From Octopus sinensis (taxonomy: Eukaryota), in assembly GCF_006345805.1 (NCBI RefSeq), contig NC_043001.1, positions 103,354,001 to 103,418,000 on the forward strand: a stretch of 64,000 nucleotides of DNA, given 5' to 3'. Below are positions 25,626-37,399 of the stretch, piece by piece (within the stretch, counting starts at the first letter, position 1; each line of letters opens with the position of its first letter). The position numbers and the translations under genes are program-made. The notes under the pieces are model-generated. The model worked only from the letters and a program-made list of their open reading frames with translations. It was not told the origin of the DNA and did no database searches.

Positions 25626-26007
25626 GGAGGCGCAATGGCCCAGTGGTTAGGGCAGCGGACTCCCGGTCATAGGATCGCGGTTTCGATTCCCAGACTGGGC
25701 GCTGTGAGTGTTTATTGAGCGAAAACACCTAAAAAAAAGCTCCACGAGGCTCCGGCAGGGGATGGTGGTGATCCCTGCTGTACTCTTTCACCACAATTTT
25801 CTCTCACTCTTACTTCCTGTTTCTGTTGTACCTGTATTTCAAGGGGCCGGCCTTGTCACTCTCTGTGTCATGCTGAATATCCCCGAGAACTACGTTAAGG
25901 GTGCACGTGTCTGTGGAGTGCTAAGCCACTTAACGTTAATTTCACGAGCAGGCTGTTCCGTTGATTCGGATCAACCGGAACCCTCGTCGTCGTAACCGAC
26001 GGAGTGC
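25626..26007 (+). mobile_element. tRNA-headed SINE family D
   Basis: ggcgcaatggcccagtggttagggcagcggactc...gtttcgattcccagac head; tail ...cgtcgtcgtaaccgacggagtgc. Confidence 0.9.
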
Positions 26008-26215
26008 TTCTTCTTCTATTGTGTCCAACCCTGCACATTGTGGAAACTTGAGGGAGAAAGGGCTGCGGCAGAACCCTGTTTGGCATTCCTTACAGCTGCT
26101 TGTACTGGAGCAATAAGAAATGAATGAAATGAGTGAAATGAAATGTCTTACAGTTCTATATTTAGGAGATGAGGAATTATGCCCACGGGCATAATAATAA
26201 TAATAATAATAATAA

Positions 26216-27060
26216 AAGCAGAGAGCGAAGGTTTCATCCTGGCTGCTCAAGACCAAAGCCTATTAACCCGGAACTACCAGGCCAATATGATGAAAAATGG
26301 AGCAAACCCAAAATGCCGATTCTGCAACGACATGATTGAAACAGTGGACCACCTAATCTCTGGATGTAAAGTCTTAGCACCAGTGGAGTATAAATTAAGA
26401 CATGACAGAGTTGGCCAATATCTCCACTGGCTAATAAGTCGGCATTACAATATCAAAACTGCCGACAAGTGGTATAATCACCACCCTGAGGCTGTAACTG
26501 AAGGAGAAAATGTAACCATTCTGTGGGACTTTCCAGTACATACAGACCGAACCATCAAGGCCAATAAACCAGATATTGTTGTGAAAGACCAAAACAATAA
26601 AGTTTGCTTATTGATCGACATGAGCATCCCCTGTGATCATAATATCTCAGCGAAAGAGTTTGACAAGCTCAGAAAATATAAAGACCTACTCATTGAAATT
26701 GAGAAAATGTGGCATCTCAAGGCGGTTACAATACCAGTGATCGTAGGAGCACTAGGAATGATCAAGAAGGGAACCGAAAATTATATGAGAATGATCCCTG
26801 GCTTACCATCCCTGCAAGAAGTGCAAAAGATTGTCTTAACTGGTACATCACACGTATTGAGAAGAGCATTGTCGATGTGAGAACTGTTGCTGCTCATGTA
26901 TTTTAATTTAACTTTAAAAAAAAAAAAAAAAAAAAAAAAGAACGAACTACTGAGTTTAGTTTAATGGCCTACCAATATACACTATGAGTTTCTTTGCCCT
27001 AGGAGTCGGGAAGACACTCGGCAAGAAATGGAAGAAAATTTGAAAGAAGAAAAAAAAAAA
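26216..27060 (+). mobile_element. 5'-truncated R4/Dong-like non-LTR retrotransposon (CCHC finger + restriction-like endonuclease)
   Basis: CRFC..MIETVDHLISGC zinc finger, RHDRV, WDFPVHTDRTIKANKPDIVV, LIDMSIP, K..KY.DL and VIVGALG motifs; stop at 26880. The 3' UTR ends in an A-run, and (TAA)n lies on both sides. Confidence 0.9.
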
Positions 27061-27303
27061 GTAATAATAATAATAATAATAACAATAATAACAATAACAA
27101 TAATAGTAACAATAACAATAACAATAATAATAATAACAACAACAACAACAGCAACAACATCGAAAGATACCTTAGGAATGAGAACCCAGGTTCCAAATTT
27201 CCCCAAGACACCTGATGAAGGCTGGAGGGTATATCAGCTGAAATGTTGTGTTAACAACAAAGAAGGTGAGGGCAAATATCCGTCAAATGTAAATAATGTA
27301 AAT
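27061..27303 (+). mobile_element. Body of a SINE-like element carrying a hammerhead-like core (27212-27244)
   Basis: (AAT)n(AAC)n, then aagataccttaggaatgagaacccagg...acac CTGATGA a GGCTG gagggtatat CAGCT GAAA; homologous to 37800-37930. Confidence 0.75.
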
Positions 27304-28444
27304 AATGAAATGTCTTGATCGAGTTCATAACGTCTCGCCCGGCCAGGAAGGGAGCTCATAACTCAATGAATATGAGTCAAACAGCCAAACTGCGAGGTCC
27401 CATGTTTCCATTTGAACACGAATTAGATTTCAAGTATTTCTAACAAAGCCCTTCATCAGTAATATAAGTATGCATTGCCTTATGTTATTCGGTGCTAAAG
27501 CTTTCTATATTTATTTCATCACCAACAGGAATTGATACCGCCTCTTGTCCAACATCTGTAGTCTCATTGTACTCTAGTGGTTATATAAGTATTTCAATGT
27601 CTTCAGCCTGCCACGCTCCTCCCTATTTTTCTGTTTCTTTTCTCTCGTTATATCGTCCATTGGCTCAATCTACTTCACCCACTCACCCGTTTCTAACATC
27701 TCTCCCCTCTCTCAATCATTCTCTTTAATCAAATTATCCACCCACCATAGACGACTTTGTTTCTTTTAACATGTCTCTGGTTTCTTAACGTTTTTATGAA
27801 AGACATCAACATCAAAACCGAAACTCGATATATCGGCCGTGAATGAATACATCTATTCTTAAATTCTATTGCGCTGCTTCCTTCTATTAAAGATTGTTTT
27901 GTTTCACAATAAGGAGACGTGGGACTTGACCAACCGAAGAATACAAGACTCACTACTGAATACACAAAACAGAGAGAAAACGAACAAGAACAAAAGAAGA
28001 AACCTTACCAACAGCATCCTTTATACAACAATATCAATGTCCCTTGTTTCGCCATGTTATTCATGTAAATGCAACTTGATACGTTTAAAGCTATTCATTG
28101 GAAATTTCATAAAACAATTGCTAATAATTGGCAGATGATAAATATAATTGTTCAATAAAGACTAACTTTGGAATTTGAGAGAGAATCTATTATATTAACT
28201 AAAGCAGTAGAATTTATTGAAAACGGGCCATGAATTATGATTGCGTATTGCATATTTTATTTTCATTTTATGATAATATTGGTGAACAATGGCATAATGG
28301 GCCTTAGGATTTGATCTGATCAGTCACGAGTTGCCTGCATTCCTGACGCTCATAACGGAAAGGAATTCAGTGCAACATATATCAGATAAAGCTATAAATA
28401 CTAGCATGGAGGTTTTGGGCTGAAAGCCATTTGGGGTTTGAAAG

Positions 28445-28526
28445 AAAAAAGCTGAAGAACGCCCGAGGGTCTCGAACCCACAGACACGATAGGCATTCGA
28501 CCATTGGACCAATGCAATCCTTCAAA
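28445..28526 (-). ncRNA. Candidate vault RNA (Pol III small RNA)
   Basis: TTTGAAGGATTGCATTGGTCCAATGGTCGAATGCCTATCGTGTCTGTGGGTTCGAGACCCTCGGGCGTTCTTCAGCTTTTTT. A box TGGTCCAATGG (28511-28501), B box GGTTCGAGACC (28478-28468), TGAAGGA/TTCTTCA terminal stem, T6 terminator. The 3' part matches the human vtRNA 3' segment as I recall it (GTTCGAGACCCGCGGGCGCTCTCCAG) at 23/26. Confidence 0.65.
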
Positions 28527-28558
28527 TTTCTCGAACCATTTTAGAAACTTTATTCTTA

Positions 28559-28793
28559 CCTATTTCTTTACCACCCACAAGGGGCTAAACACAGAGGGGA
28601 CAAACAAGGACAGACAGACGGATTAAGTCGATTACATCGACCCCAGTGCGTAACTGGTACTTAATTTATCGACCCCGAAAGGAAGAAAGGCAAAGTCGAC
28701 CTCGGCGGAATTTGAACTCAGAACGTAACGGCAGACGAAATACTGCTACGCATGTCGCCCGGCGTGCTAGCGTTTCTGCCAGCTCGCCGCCTT
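28559..28793 (-). mobile_element. SINE family B insertion with 13-bp TSD
   Basis: aactttattctta (28546-58) and aactttattatta (28794-806) flank a full copy. Confidence 0.9.
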
Positions 28794-29609
28794 AACTTTA
28801 TTATTACCAGCGAGAATTGTACGCTGTCAGTTTTTTCTAGAAGGTACCGTGTTGGTACAGAGGGTAGAGGTAGGGAGGCTCAGGAATGTAGTTTCCAGTA
28901 AAATAACACAAATGATACATAAATTCATAACTTATTGAAGTTTGTTAATACATCAAATACAAAATATACGCACCATCCAAACATCCATACGGAAGATGAC
29001 AAGTCTTTCAGCAGTTTCACCGATATTGTCTGTCCAATTTTTCCGAAAAAACAAAAAAACAAAACAGAGGACGTTGAAGACTTCACAATATAATAAGATT
29101 CCATAAATGCAATTAGAAATAATATTCAGCCATATTGATAGATCATCCATTAATGGTGACTATATCGATATTATGAAATTGGTTGTTGATCAAACGTGAT
29201 TTGGAAGTATTGGTCATTGTAATAACGATTTCTTACAAAAATGGTCGACATTTAAAACGTCTACGTCAGTATATTACAATATCGTTTTTGTTCTTTCTCA
29301 GCTCTCTAATCGAATCTCACTGGAATCAATAAAACATGAGTTCTATAGAACCAAGCCATATTGTAGGAGGGGCGGCATATTTGATTAACTTTGTTTTGCC
29401 ACCCATTTCTCGATATGTTCCCTTGTTTTTATGCGACGGTTTACGTACCCCTCTAATTTATGCGCCGGTTGATGATTAATTCTGAATACACCCCACCTCC
29501 ACCCCAACAGGTTTATACAAACTAATTGCAGAGCATGTGCGGTTCTATACACAACTCAGTAACGCATTCAACTGTGTCTCGCACCAAAACTTCTGTTTTT
29601 CATCTAGAC

Positions 29610-30109
29610 CAGCGGTTCTTAAGTGAGAATTCATATGACCCTTGCTGTTGTTGTTGTTGTTGTTGTTAAGCAACAAGACGGGTAAGGGTGATTAGGTGAT
29701 GGTATAGGGCTTAGGAGCGGGAGACTCCAGACCTTGGGAAAAAAAATCTTTGGACGTCTTGTTGTAGTCGAGGGCTCTTCGTTGACGCCCGACACCACTG
29801 GGAGGTGACCCTCGAAGTCGCTAGAAATGGAGATCTCCAGGTTCAAATTCTTGGACGACTATGACCCTGACCGGGGTGTGGTGGGGGGTTACAATATAAG
29901 ATTTAGTTGTTAAAATTTCTGTGCAAGAATTTGGTTATGCTTTTCTACAATACACAGAATATTTTTTTTAAAATTTCAATACAATTCCTATTAATATTAA
30001 ATTCTAAAAATATACGATTTTTTTAAACATCGAATGGCTGTAAGGGTCTACCCAAGCACAATAAAAAACAAAAAGGCCCACAGATAAAAGAAATGGTTGA
30101 GGAACACTG
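29610..30109. mobile_element. hAT (Charlie-like) MITE
   Basis: Termini cagcggttctt / gaggaacactg in NTCTAGNN target sites (atctagac, gtctagtg). Confidence 0.6.
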
Positions 30110-30124
30110 GTCTAGTGGATCGGA

Positions 30125-30840
30125 ACCTTCTTTCCAGGGTGTGCAGATAGACCTGTCTGTGACCCACGCTCTATCAGCTCTGTTGTACCTCGGGTGTTTC
30201 TTCCTCTAAATCAATGACCTACTTAGCATCACTCATAGTAACGCTTCCTCCAATGTAAACTCTATCACGCATCACTCTTATGTAATTTTCCTCACCCAAA
30301 TCTCATCCATATGTAATCTAGACATTTTCTGAACCGCATCCATGAAGCGGGACACCGAGAAAAGTCTCCATTGATGTTATATTCATCTTGTCCCGTTCAT
30401 CGGCACAAAGCCACAATACATAAATATTGCAAGCAAAACGTATTGCGACCCTAGTCGTGGAAAAATGCAAACTGAATCTGAAATTGTTCGAAGCACATTA
30501 TCTCAGAAAATACCTGTACTATCAAGGGCCAGAAATTGCCTCAGCTCACTCAAATTGCTGTATCTCTAAAGGGTCGTGCTAGAGCCAAAATATAATACGG
30601 TCTTCACACGTTGAATGGACGAACCCCGCCCCCAGACCACATCCAGAAAAAGCCATCACACTAATTGAAATGGCGTTTCTCACAACACTAAACAACGGAC
30701 GTGTTCCCTCCTCGCTAAGCCTCTTTTACTCCTCGGAGTTGGTTGGTCACACTCTACTTCACCGAAATCAAACTAGTTTACACGTCTCTTTTCTGTCACT
30801 CAAACTGTGGTCTTCCCCACTATTTCCACCGGAGAATCTA
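30125..30840 (+). mobile_element. Decayed CR1/L2-group LINE RT relic
   Basis: FL*INDLLSITHS (B'-C region) and IQKKAITLI-like C-terminal remnants; many stops. Confidence 0.5.
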
Positions 30841-31129
30841 TAGGGAGACTATATGTCACAAAACCAAATACCGGAATCCCGAAAAGCCAAATTATCGAAA
30901 GTTTTAAATAACGAAAATTAACTTACTGAATCCTATAATTTTGATAATATTGGAAGATGAAACGCTGAATTTTGAACTAGTTAAGGATCATATTTACAAA
31001 AGAAAATTTAAAGTGTACTCTTGTGATTCGATATCAAAGACTTAATCGAAAATGCAAGTAGTTTATTTATAGAATATGACAGTTCTTTTAATTTTTTGGT
31101 ATTAAATAATTTCATTCTTTCAATACAAG

Positions 31130-31380
31130 CATAAGTGTATCGATACTGAGTCAGCAATGTATGCCTGGTCGAGTGGGCAAGTATTTGCATTTCTAAAGTT
31201 ACATTTTGGAGTTGGCGTCTGTTGTGACTTACGTGTAATAATGTTTAACACGTTTGAGCAGAAACTGTGAGAAACTTTCACGGAATATCTATTAATATTT
31301 TTATACTTATGGCTATTTGGGAAATGGTTTTTTATCAAGGCTAGGAATTGCCTATCTTCGTTTTGTCTTAGCATTCAAAG
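31130..31380 (-). mobile_element. PLE linker fragment
   Basis: RQFLALIKNHFPNSHKYKNINRYSVKVSHS...KCNFRNANTCPLD matches the PLE 'KHFP..H...IFNR..VKVSYS...CNCR....CPL' pattern. Confidence 0.7.
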
Positions 31381-31799
31381 ACAAACGAGAGTGAACCATT
31401 TGACCTTCCTTGGTTTATTTTTAGGCTTCGTACTTTTTATGGTAGGAGTGTAAATTATCTTCTCTTTTAAGCCACTGTTAACTATGGCTGTGTATGTACG
31501 TTAGAAGAATTAGCGTCCTGCTGAACAATCTACACCAAACCCTGAAATTTACAAAAGAGAAGAGCCCTACAACATTATCATTTCTTAATAGAATGGTAAC
31601 AACAGTTGTATATTAAAAAGTTACAAACTCAGTGCCTAAACGTTAAATCATATCACCTAGCACATGTAATATATAACATTCCATACTATCTAACCAAGAA
31701 AATTTGCACCGTTGTTGATGATGTAAATATCAGAGGAGAACGACACGCAGAACTCAAAGGATTTCTAGTTAAACAAAATATCTGCTCCTATTTATACAA

Positions 31800-32400
31800 A
31801 TGGAATTGATTGCGCAAAACAAATACCTTTTGAGCAACCCAAGAAAGAGAAAAGGAAAGACGAGATTGCAACTTTTGTAGTGATCCATAATACACAGAAT
31901 CGTATTTTTAACGTTGCCAAATGAAAATTTTCTAAAGTCAGACAATGTGATAAGTTAAATGACTTAATTATCATTCGAACAATTGTTAACGAAGGTAAAG
32001 TTTGATGTAAACATCAGCGATAAAGAAAACATAATGGTTTCTAATTGCAATGATATTCGTTGTTATACATGTCAGTTTCTATATGATGATCATTATATCA
32101 ACACAAACCCAGAAGACAAATATTTACAAATACAAATATGATCTGTGAGGACAGAAATTTAGTATACTGAGTCAAATGTTGCCAGACTAGAGATTCTTTA
32201 TCAGAACGCACGCGAATACACCGGCAGCAAATTTGGATACATCTGTCAGACAAATCTCTTCATGTACTCGTGTAGAAACATGCAGCTATAAAACAATTTC
32301 TAAATTACAATTTCATAAATTTTATGATTCAAATGATGTTAAAAAACAAAAGAATAGAGATTTACTCAGATGTGCAAACTAGTTTTGAATGGATATGAAT
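31800..32400 (+). mobile_element. Decayed PLE linker/GIY-YIG relic
   Basis: QPKKEKRKDEIATFVVIHN and NMICEDRNLVY*VKCC...HRQQI remnants. Confidence 0.5.
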
Positions 32401-32777
32401 TTTGATTAAAGTTTATTTGAAATTAACATTCATTTAAAAGTTCATGGAATACGGTAGCATTCTCTCCATTTAAATACACTTCGATTAATTGTAGCCACTG
32501 TTGCTATGGAAAGATCAATATTCATTTAAATATCCACCTAAATGTATTTGCTATATAAGTATTTATCTAAATACAGCCGCTATTATAACAAACGTTCACC
32601 TGATGTTTGTTGCAAAAGACATAAAAGTACTTATTAAAAAATAAATATAATTAACCGAGAAAACCTGCGTTTATTGAAGTTTGATTGACTAATATAAGGT
32701 TTCTGTATACAGTTTCACCGACCATAAGTAACTATATAAGTAAATACATACATACATAAATGCATATATCAGTATAT

Positions 32778-33016
32778 GTGTATGTATGTATGTATGTATG
32801 TATGTATGTATGTATGTATGTATGTATGTATGTATGTATGTATGTATGTATGTATGTATGTATTATGTATGTATGTATGTATGTATGTATGTATGTATGT
32901 ATGTATGTATGTATGTATGTATGTATGCATGCATGCATGTATGTATGTATGTATGTATGTATGTATGTATGTATGTATGTATGTATGTATGTATGTATGT
33001 ATGTATGTATGTATGT
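32778..33016. repeat. (ATGT)n microsatellite
   Basis: Direct reading. Confidence 0.98.
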
Positions 33017-33196
33017 GAAGATTGCAATAGAGAATTTAGCCATTTATTTTCAAATTCTGGATTTTATATATCATGTCGCTCGAAAACAGCTTTATTGAGA
33101 GGAGATAAAATATGACTGATAATATTGCGTTTCTAGTGGTTTTTGACTGCTATTTCTAAACATATAAAATGTTTTCAAGCCTTATAAACACTCTTC

Positions 33197-33277
<81 letters not shown>

Positions 33278-33441
33278 AGGCGGTGCTCCGGCATGGCCGC
33301 AGTCAAATGACTGAAACAAGTAAAAGAGTAAAAGAGAGAGTAAATAGATATATGGTTCAAAATAGTACAAAAACGACAAAGACAGGTGAAGGAACAGCAA
33401 ACAAGGTGTATTAGTTTGACACTCAGGGGATGTGTGAGAGT

Positions 33442-33477
33442 CTTTGATGTTTCGAGCCTACGCTCTTCTACAGAAAG
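33442..33477 (-). ncRNA. Minimal hammerhead-like motif in a dispersed repeat
   Basis: CTTT CTGTAGA a GAGC gtag GCTC GAAAC ATC AAAG: perfect stems I and II, variant core. Confidence 0.55.
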
Positions 33478-33675
33478 GAATGAGGATAGAAAACTGATGG
33501 AGGGAGAGAAAAACGGAGAGAGAGAAAAAGCGTGTTTGGCGAACACGTTGAATTCATATATGGCCTACTCGCGCTTAGTAACATCATTGGAAAGCTAAGA
33601 AAACGATACGAAGTGCATTGTAACCAGTGATGTGTAACAACATCCGTTTGTCTGATCGATACCATGAAATACATA

Positions 33676-33896
33676 TATGAGGGGATACTGAAAGTTCCTG
33701 GCTTTAGGTAAAAGAAAATACAAGGGGTTCAGTTAATTATGATTTTATTTAACATATTCCCTTCTCAGATTCATACACTTGTTGCAGCGATCCTTCAGTT
33801 TTTCTAAGCCCTGCAAAAGAACTCGGAAGTTTGGGACTCCAAGCAGGCCTTTCGCGACACTCTTAAAAGCCAGGTACTTTTCAGTACCAGCTCGTG
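33676..33896. mobile_element. mariner-derived MITE
   Basis: TIRs tatgaggggatactgaaagttcctggcttt / aaagccaggtacttttcagtaccagctcgtg. Confidence 0.8.
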
Positions 33897-33941
33897 TGTG
33901 TATGTGTATGCATATATGTATGTACATGTATATGTATATTA

Positions 33942-33972
<31 letters not shown>

Positions 33973-33977
<5 letters not shown>

Positions 33978-34162
33978 ACAATTTAGGAGTGACCTTAACA
34001 GGCCATTCGTCCACCAGAAAGAGCAGCCATAACTCACACCGCCAAGTAGTAGTAATTCAGAAATTAATTAATTTCTGAATTACTACTACTTGGCGGTGTG
34101 AGTTATGGCTGCTCTTTCTGGTGGACGAATGGCCTGTTAAGGTCACTCCTAAATTGTTATAT
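33973..34162. repeat. Perfect 190-bp palindrome with no spacer
   Basis: Centre agaaattaattaatttct (34067/34068); complementarity checked out to 33973/34162. Confidence 0.97.
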
Positions 34163-34249
34163 TATATATTTAGTCTTTGACTATTTTCTCTTTTCCACTA
34201 GGCCGCTGGTAGCGATAAATTTCTATTGAATTTTTTGCTACCCTAAATT

Positions 34250-34282
<33 letters not shown>

Positions 34283-34285
<3 letters not shown>

Positions 34286-34885
34286 GAGACTAAAATCCAG
34301 TCGAAGCAATGGAAGCATGATAACTCACCACTTTCAAAGAAGACTCATGTCCAACCCTCAGCAGGCAAGGTGATGGTCACAGTTTTTTGAGACCAGCGCG
34401 GAGAAGTGATGATGGATTTTCTAGTAAAGGGCACCATAATTAATTATGCTTTCCTGCTGCAGAAATTGCGGGGCGCCATTAAAGCAAAGAGGCGTGGCAT
34501 GTTGACCAAAGGAGTCCGCCTCCTCCAAGACAGCGTCCCAGTTCACAATGCGCATGCTGCCCAGATAAAAGCACACTCCTGCATCTATTAGATCCTTCCT
34601 CATCCCCTTTTTTCTCCCGGATTCGCACCATCTGACGTCCACCTCTTTCCAACTATTGAACTCTTTTTTTGAAGGGGAAGCACTTTTCGGATGATCCTGA
34701 ACTTATTTCCGAGGTAAAGTCTTGGTTCCAGATGCATCTTACCGACTTCTACAGACGAGGTCTTCACAGCTGCATAAATCGATGGGTGGCCATGTAGAGA
34801 AGGAATAACAATTATGCCAAGTTTCGTTTATCCCAGGCGTTGGGAAGTTGGTCAGGGTAAATCTTTAATGAACCCCACCTCGTAT
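34283..34885 (+). mobile_element. mariner transposase C-terminal relic with TIR
   Basis: KQWKH...QPSAGKVMVTVF*DQRG...LLQDSVPVH...LPHPP.SP.DSAPSDVHLF; TIR-like end at ...gaaccccacctcgta. Confidence 0.88.
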
Positions 34886-35189
34886 ACATACACATACATA
34901 CATACATACATACATACATACAACATACATACATACATACATACATATACACATACATACATACATACATAAATACATACATACATACACACATACACAC
35001 ATACATACATGCATGCATGCATACATACATACATACATACATACATACATACGTACATAGTACATACATACATACATAAATACATACGTACATACATACA
35101 TACATACATACATACATACATACATACATACATACGTACGTACGTACGTACGTACATACATACATACATACATACATACATACATACAC

Positions 35190-35222
<33 letters not shown>

Positions 35223-35618
35223 TACATACAAACATACACACACACATACATACATACATACATACATAAATACATACGTACATACATACATACATACATA
35301 CATACATACATGCATGCATGCATGCATACATACATACATACATACGTACATACGTACATACATACATACATAAATACATACGTACATACATACATACATA
35401 CATACATACATACGTACATACGTACATACATACATACATACACACACACATACATACATACACACACATACATACATACATACATACATACATACGTACG
35501 TACATACATACATACATACATACATACATACATACATACATACGTACGTACATACATACATACATACATACATACATACATACACACACATACATACATA
35601 CATACATACATACATACA

Positions 35619-35647
<29 letters not shown>
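34885..35647. repeat. (TACA)n compound microsatellite, about 760 bp
   Basis: Direct reading; source of the MYVC/HTYI ORFs. Confidence 0.98.
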
Positions 35648-35649
<2 letters not shown>

Positions 35650-35928
35650 CGAAACGCGGAGTAGATAAAAAAGGGGACAACTGATGAAGAGAATGTTCTT
35701 TATGTTGCCTGTCTCGTTTCTCTGTTTTATTTCTTTCTTTCGTTGTTCGAAAAAAAGTTCGTTTTATATGATTTTGTTTCTATGTTCTCGTTTCTCATTC
35801 TGTCCACGTTTTTTTATGTCCTGTACTCATATATGCATGTATGTATACATATATATGTAGGTATGTACATATATATTTGTATATATGCATATACTTATAT
35901 ATCATTTATATTATTACATATATATTCG

Positions 35929-35983
<55 letters not shown>

Positions 35984-37399
35984 CGTGTGTGTGTGTGTGT
36001 GTGTGTACATACATGCATAGATTAAAATTATGTGCTGCAAATATTTCAGAACCGCTGATAAATTCTCAGAATCTCTCTTTTACTCAGATTTATTCAAACC
36101 ATGGAAAATGTTTGACAAAAGAATATGAAAAGAGAAAAAGTATAAACTGTGACTCTGACTGTCAGGTATTTTATAAAATAGATGATGATGATGATGACGA
36201 TCGGGTAAGGGGGGAGGAAGAAGAGGTTTGGAAGATAATGGTGGTGGTGGTGGTGGTTGTGGTGATGTTAATTATGAAAATCCTAATGATCAACGTCAGG
36301 TCATTAAGACGTACACACTGAATGATTTCCTCTTTGGAAAGAAGATATTTCCTCCATTTTAACCCTATTTCTTGCTATTTTAACATTAATCGTGTTCTTG
36401 TTTGTTTGTTTTTCTCTTTTGTTCTTATTATTTTGCTTCTTATTAGTTTTGCTAATTAGTCCGCTCTTATTATTGCTTGTAATGGCATACTTAAGTTTTT
36501 CATAACAGTTGACTTCCATTTTTTAACAGCACCGGAAATAGAAATTACTTCATGGAATCAATTGATTAACCATAAAAGGCAACGCAGGAATTGCTATGAC
36601 AAGGCATTTTCCATTTCCTAAGCGCATTATTTGCAGAGAAATAAACTATTGACCAGAAATTTATTGATTAAAAGCTATGAATGAAAAATGACCATGAAAG
36701 ATGTAGAATAATGTGAATTTGTGAAACAAAATTCTCTGAAACCATAACTATGAAGTATTATGTTGTGGCATGTTTCTAAATGAGAAGTTAAGAGCACCAA
36801 TCCCCAACCATTTTGGCACCATGAAAGACGATTTTTCCACTGACCGGGGAGTCGCGAGCATAACATAACACAATAAAATTCATTATATATAATTTAGGTA
36901 CGAATGGTTTTGTTATACAGCGCCGTAGTTTACAATTCAGCAAATAATCATTATGGTATTTTTATATAAGCTTAAAGCAATTACCGTGCATTGACTAAGG
37001 AAATTAGTCTAATAAAGGGACATATAAGCCCTCCACATCCTATCCGCATGCGAGCGGAACCCACATCCTTTTGTTAACGCGACTAAGTATGTTACCTTTA
37101 TGCCAGCAAATCAGCCTCCCCACTTCTGTCAAATTTAAGAACTATAATAGTTCCTGTTTGATTTTATGTAAACAAACTTTCTATATGTTTTCGGTGCGAA
37201 TGGTTTTGTTATATGGCGCCGTGTTTTACAATCCTGTAAATAATAATAATGGTGTTTTTCTATAAGCTTTAAAGCTTACGGCGATCACCGTGCAATGACT
37301 AAGGAAAATAGTCTAACAAAGGGGCATATAAGCCCTCCACTGAAAAAAGAAGCCTTTCCTATCAATTATTCCGTTTTATAATACATATTTATCATTAAA

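Noticed and set aside
25626-25700. tRNA genes (also 37732-37790, 11040-11112, 58320-58375)
   Set aside because: A/B boxes run into SINE bodies and lack a proper acceptor stem, so they are SINE heads.
32732-35684. Long ORFs such as MYVCMYVC..., HTYIHTYI... (also VCVC at 16002-16738, YIYI at 6322-6712, LSIY at 53225-53608)
   Set aside because: They are translations of stop-free microsatellites, not genes.
36088-36165. 78-nt exon-like segment (IYSNHGKCLTKEYEKRKSINCDSDCQ)
   Set aside because: Splice sites are only moderate, there is no recognisable homology, and there are no partner exons.
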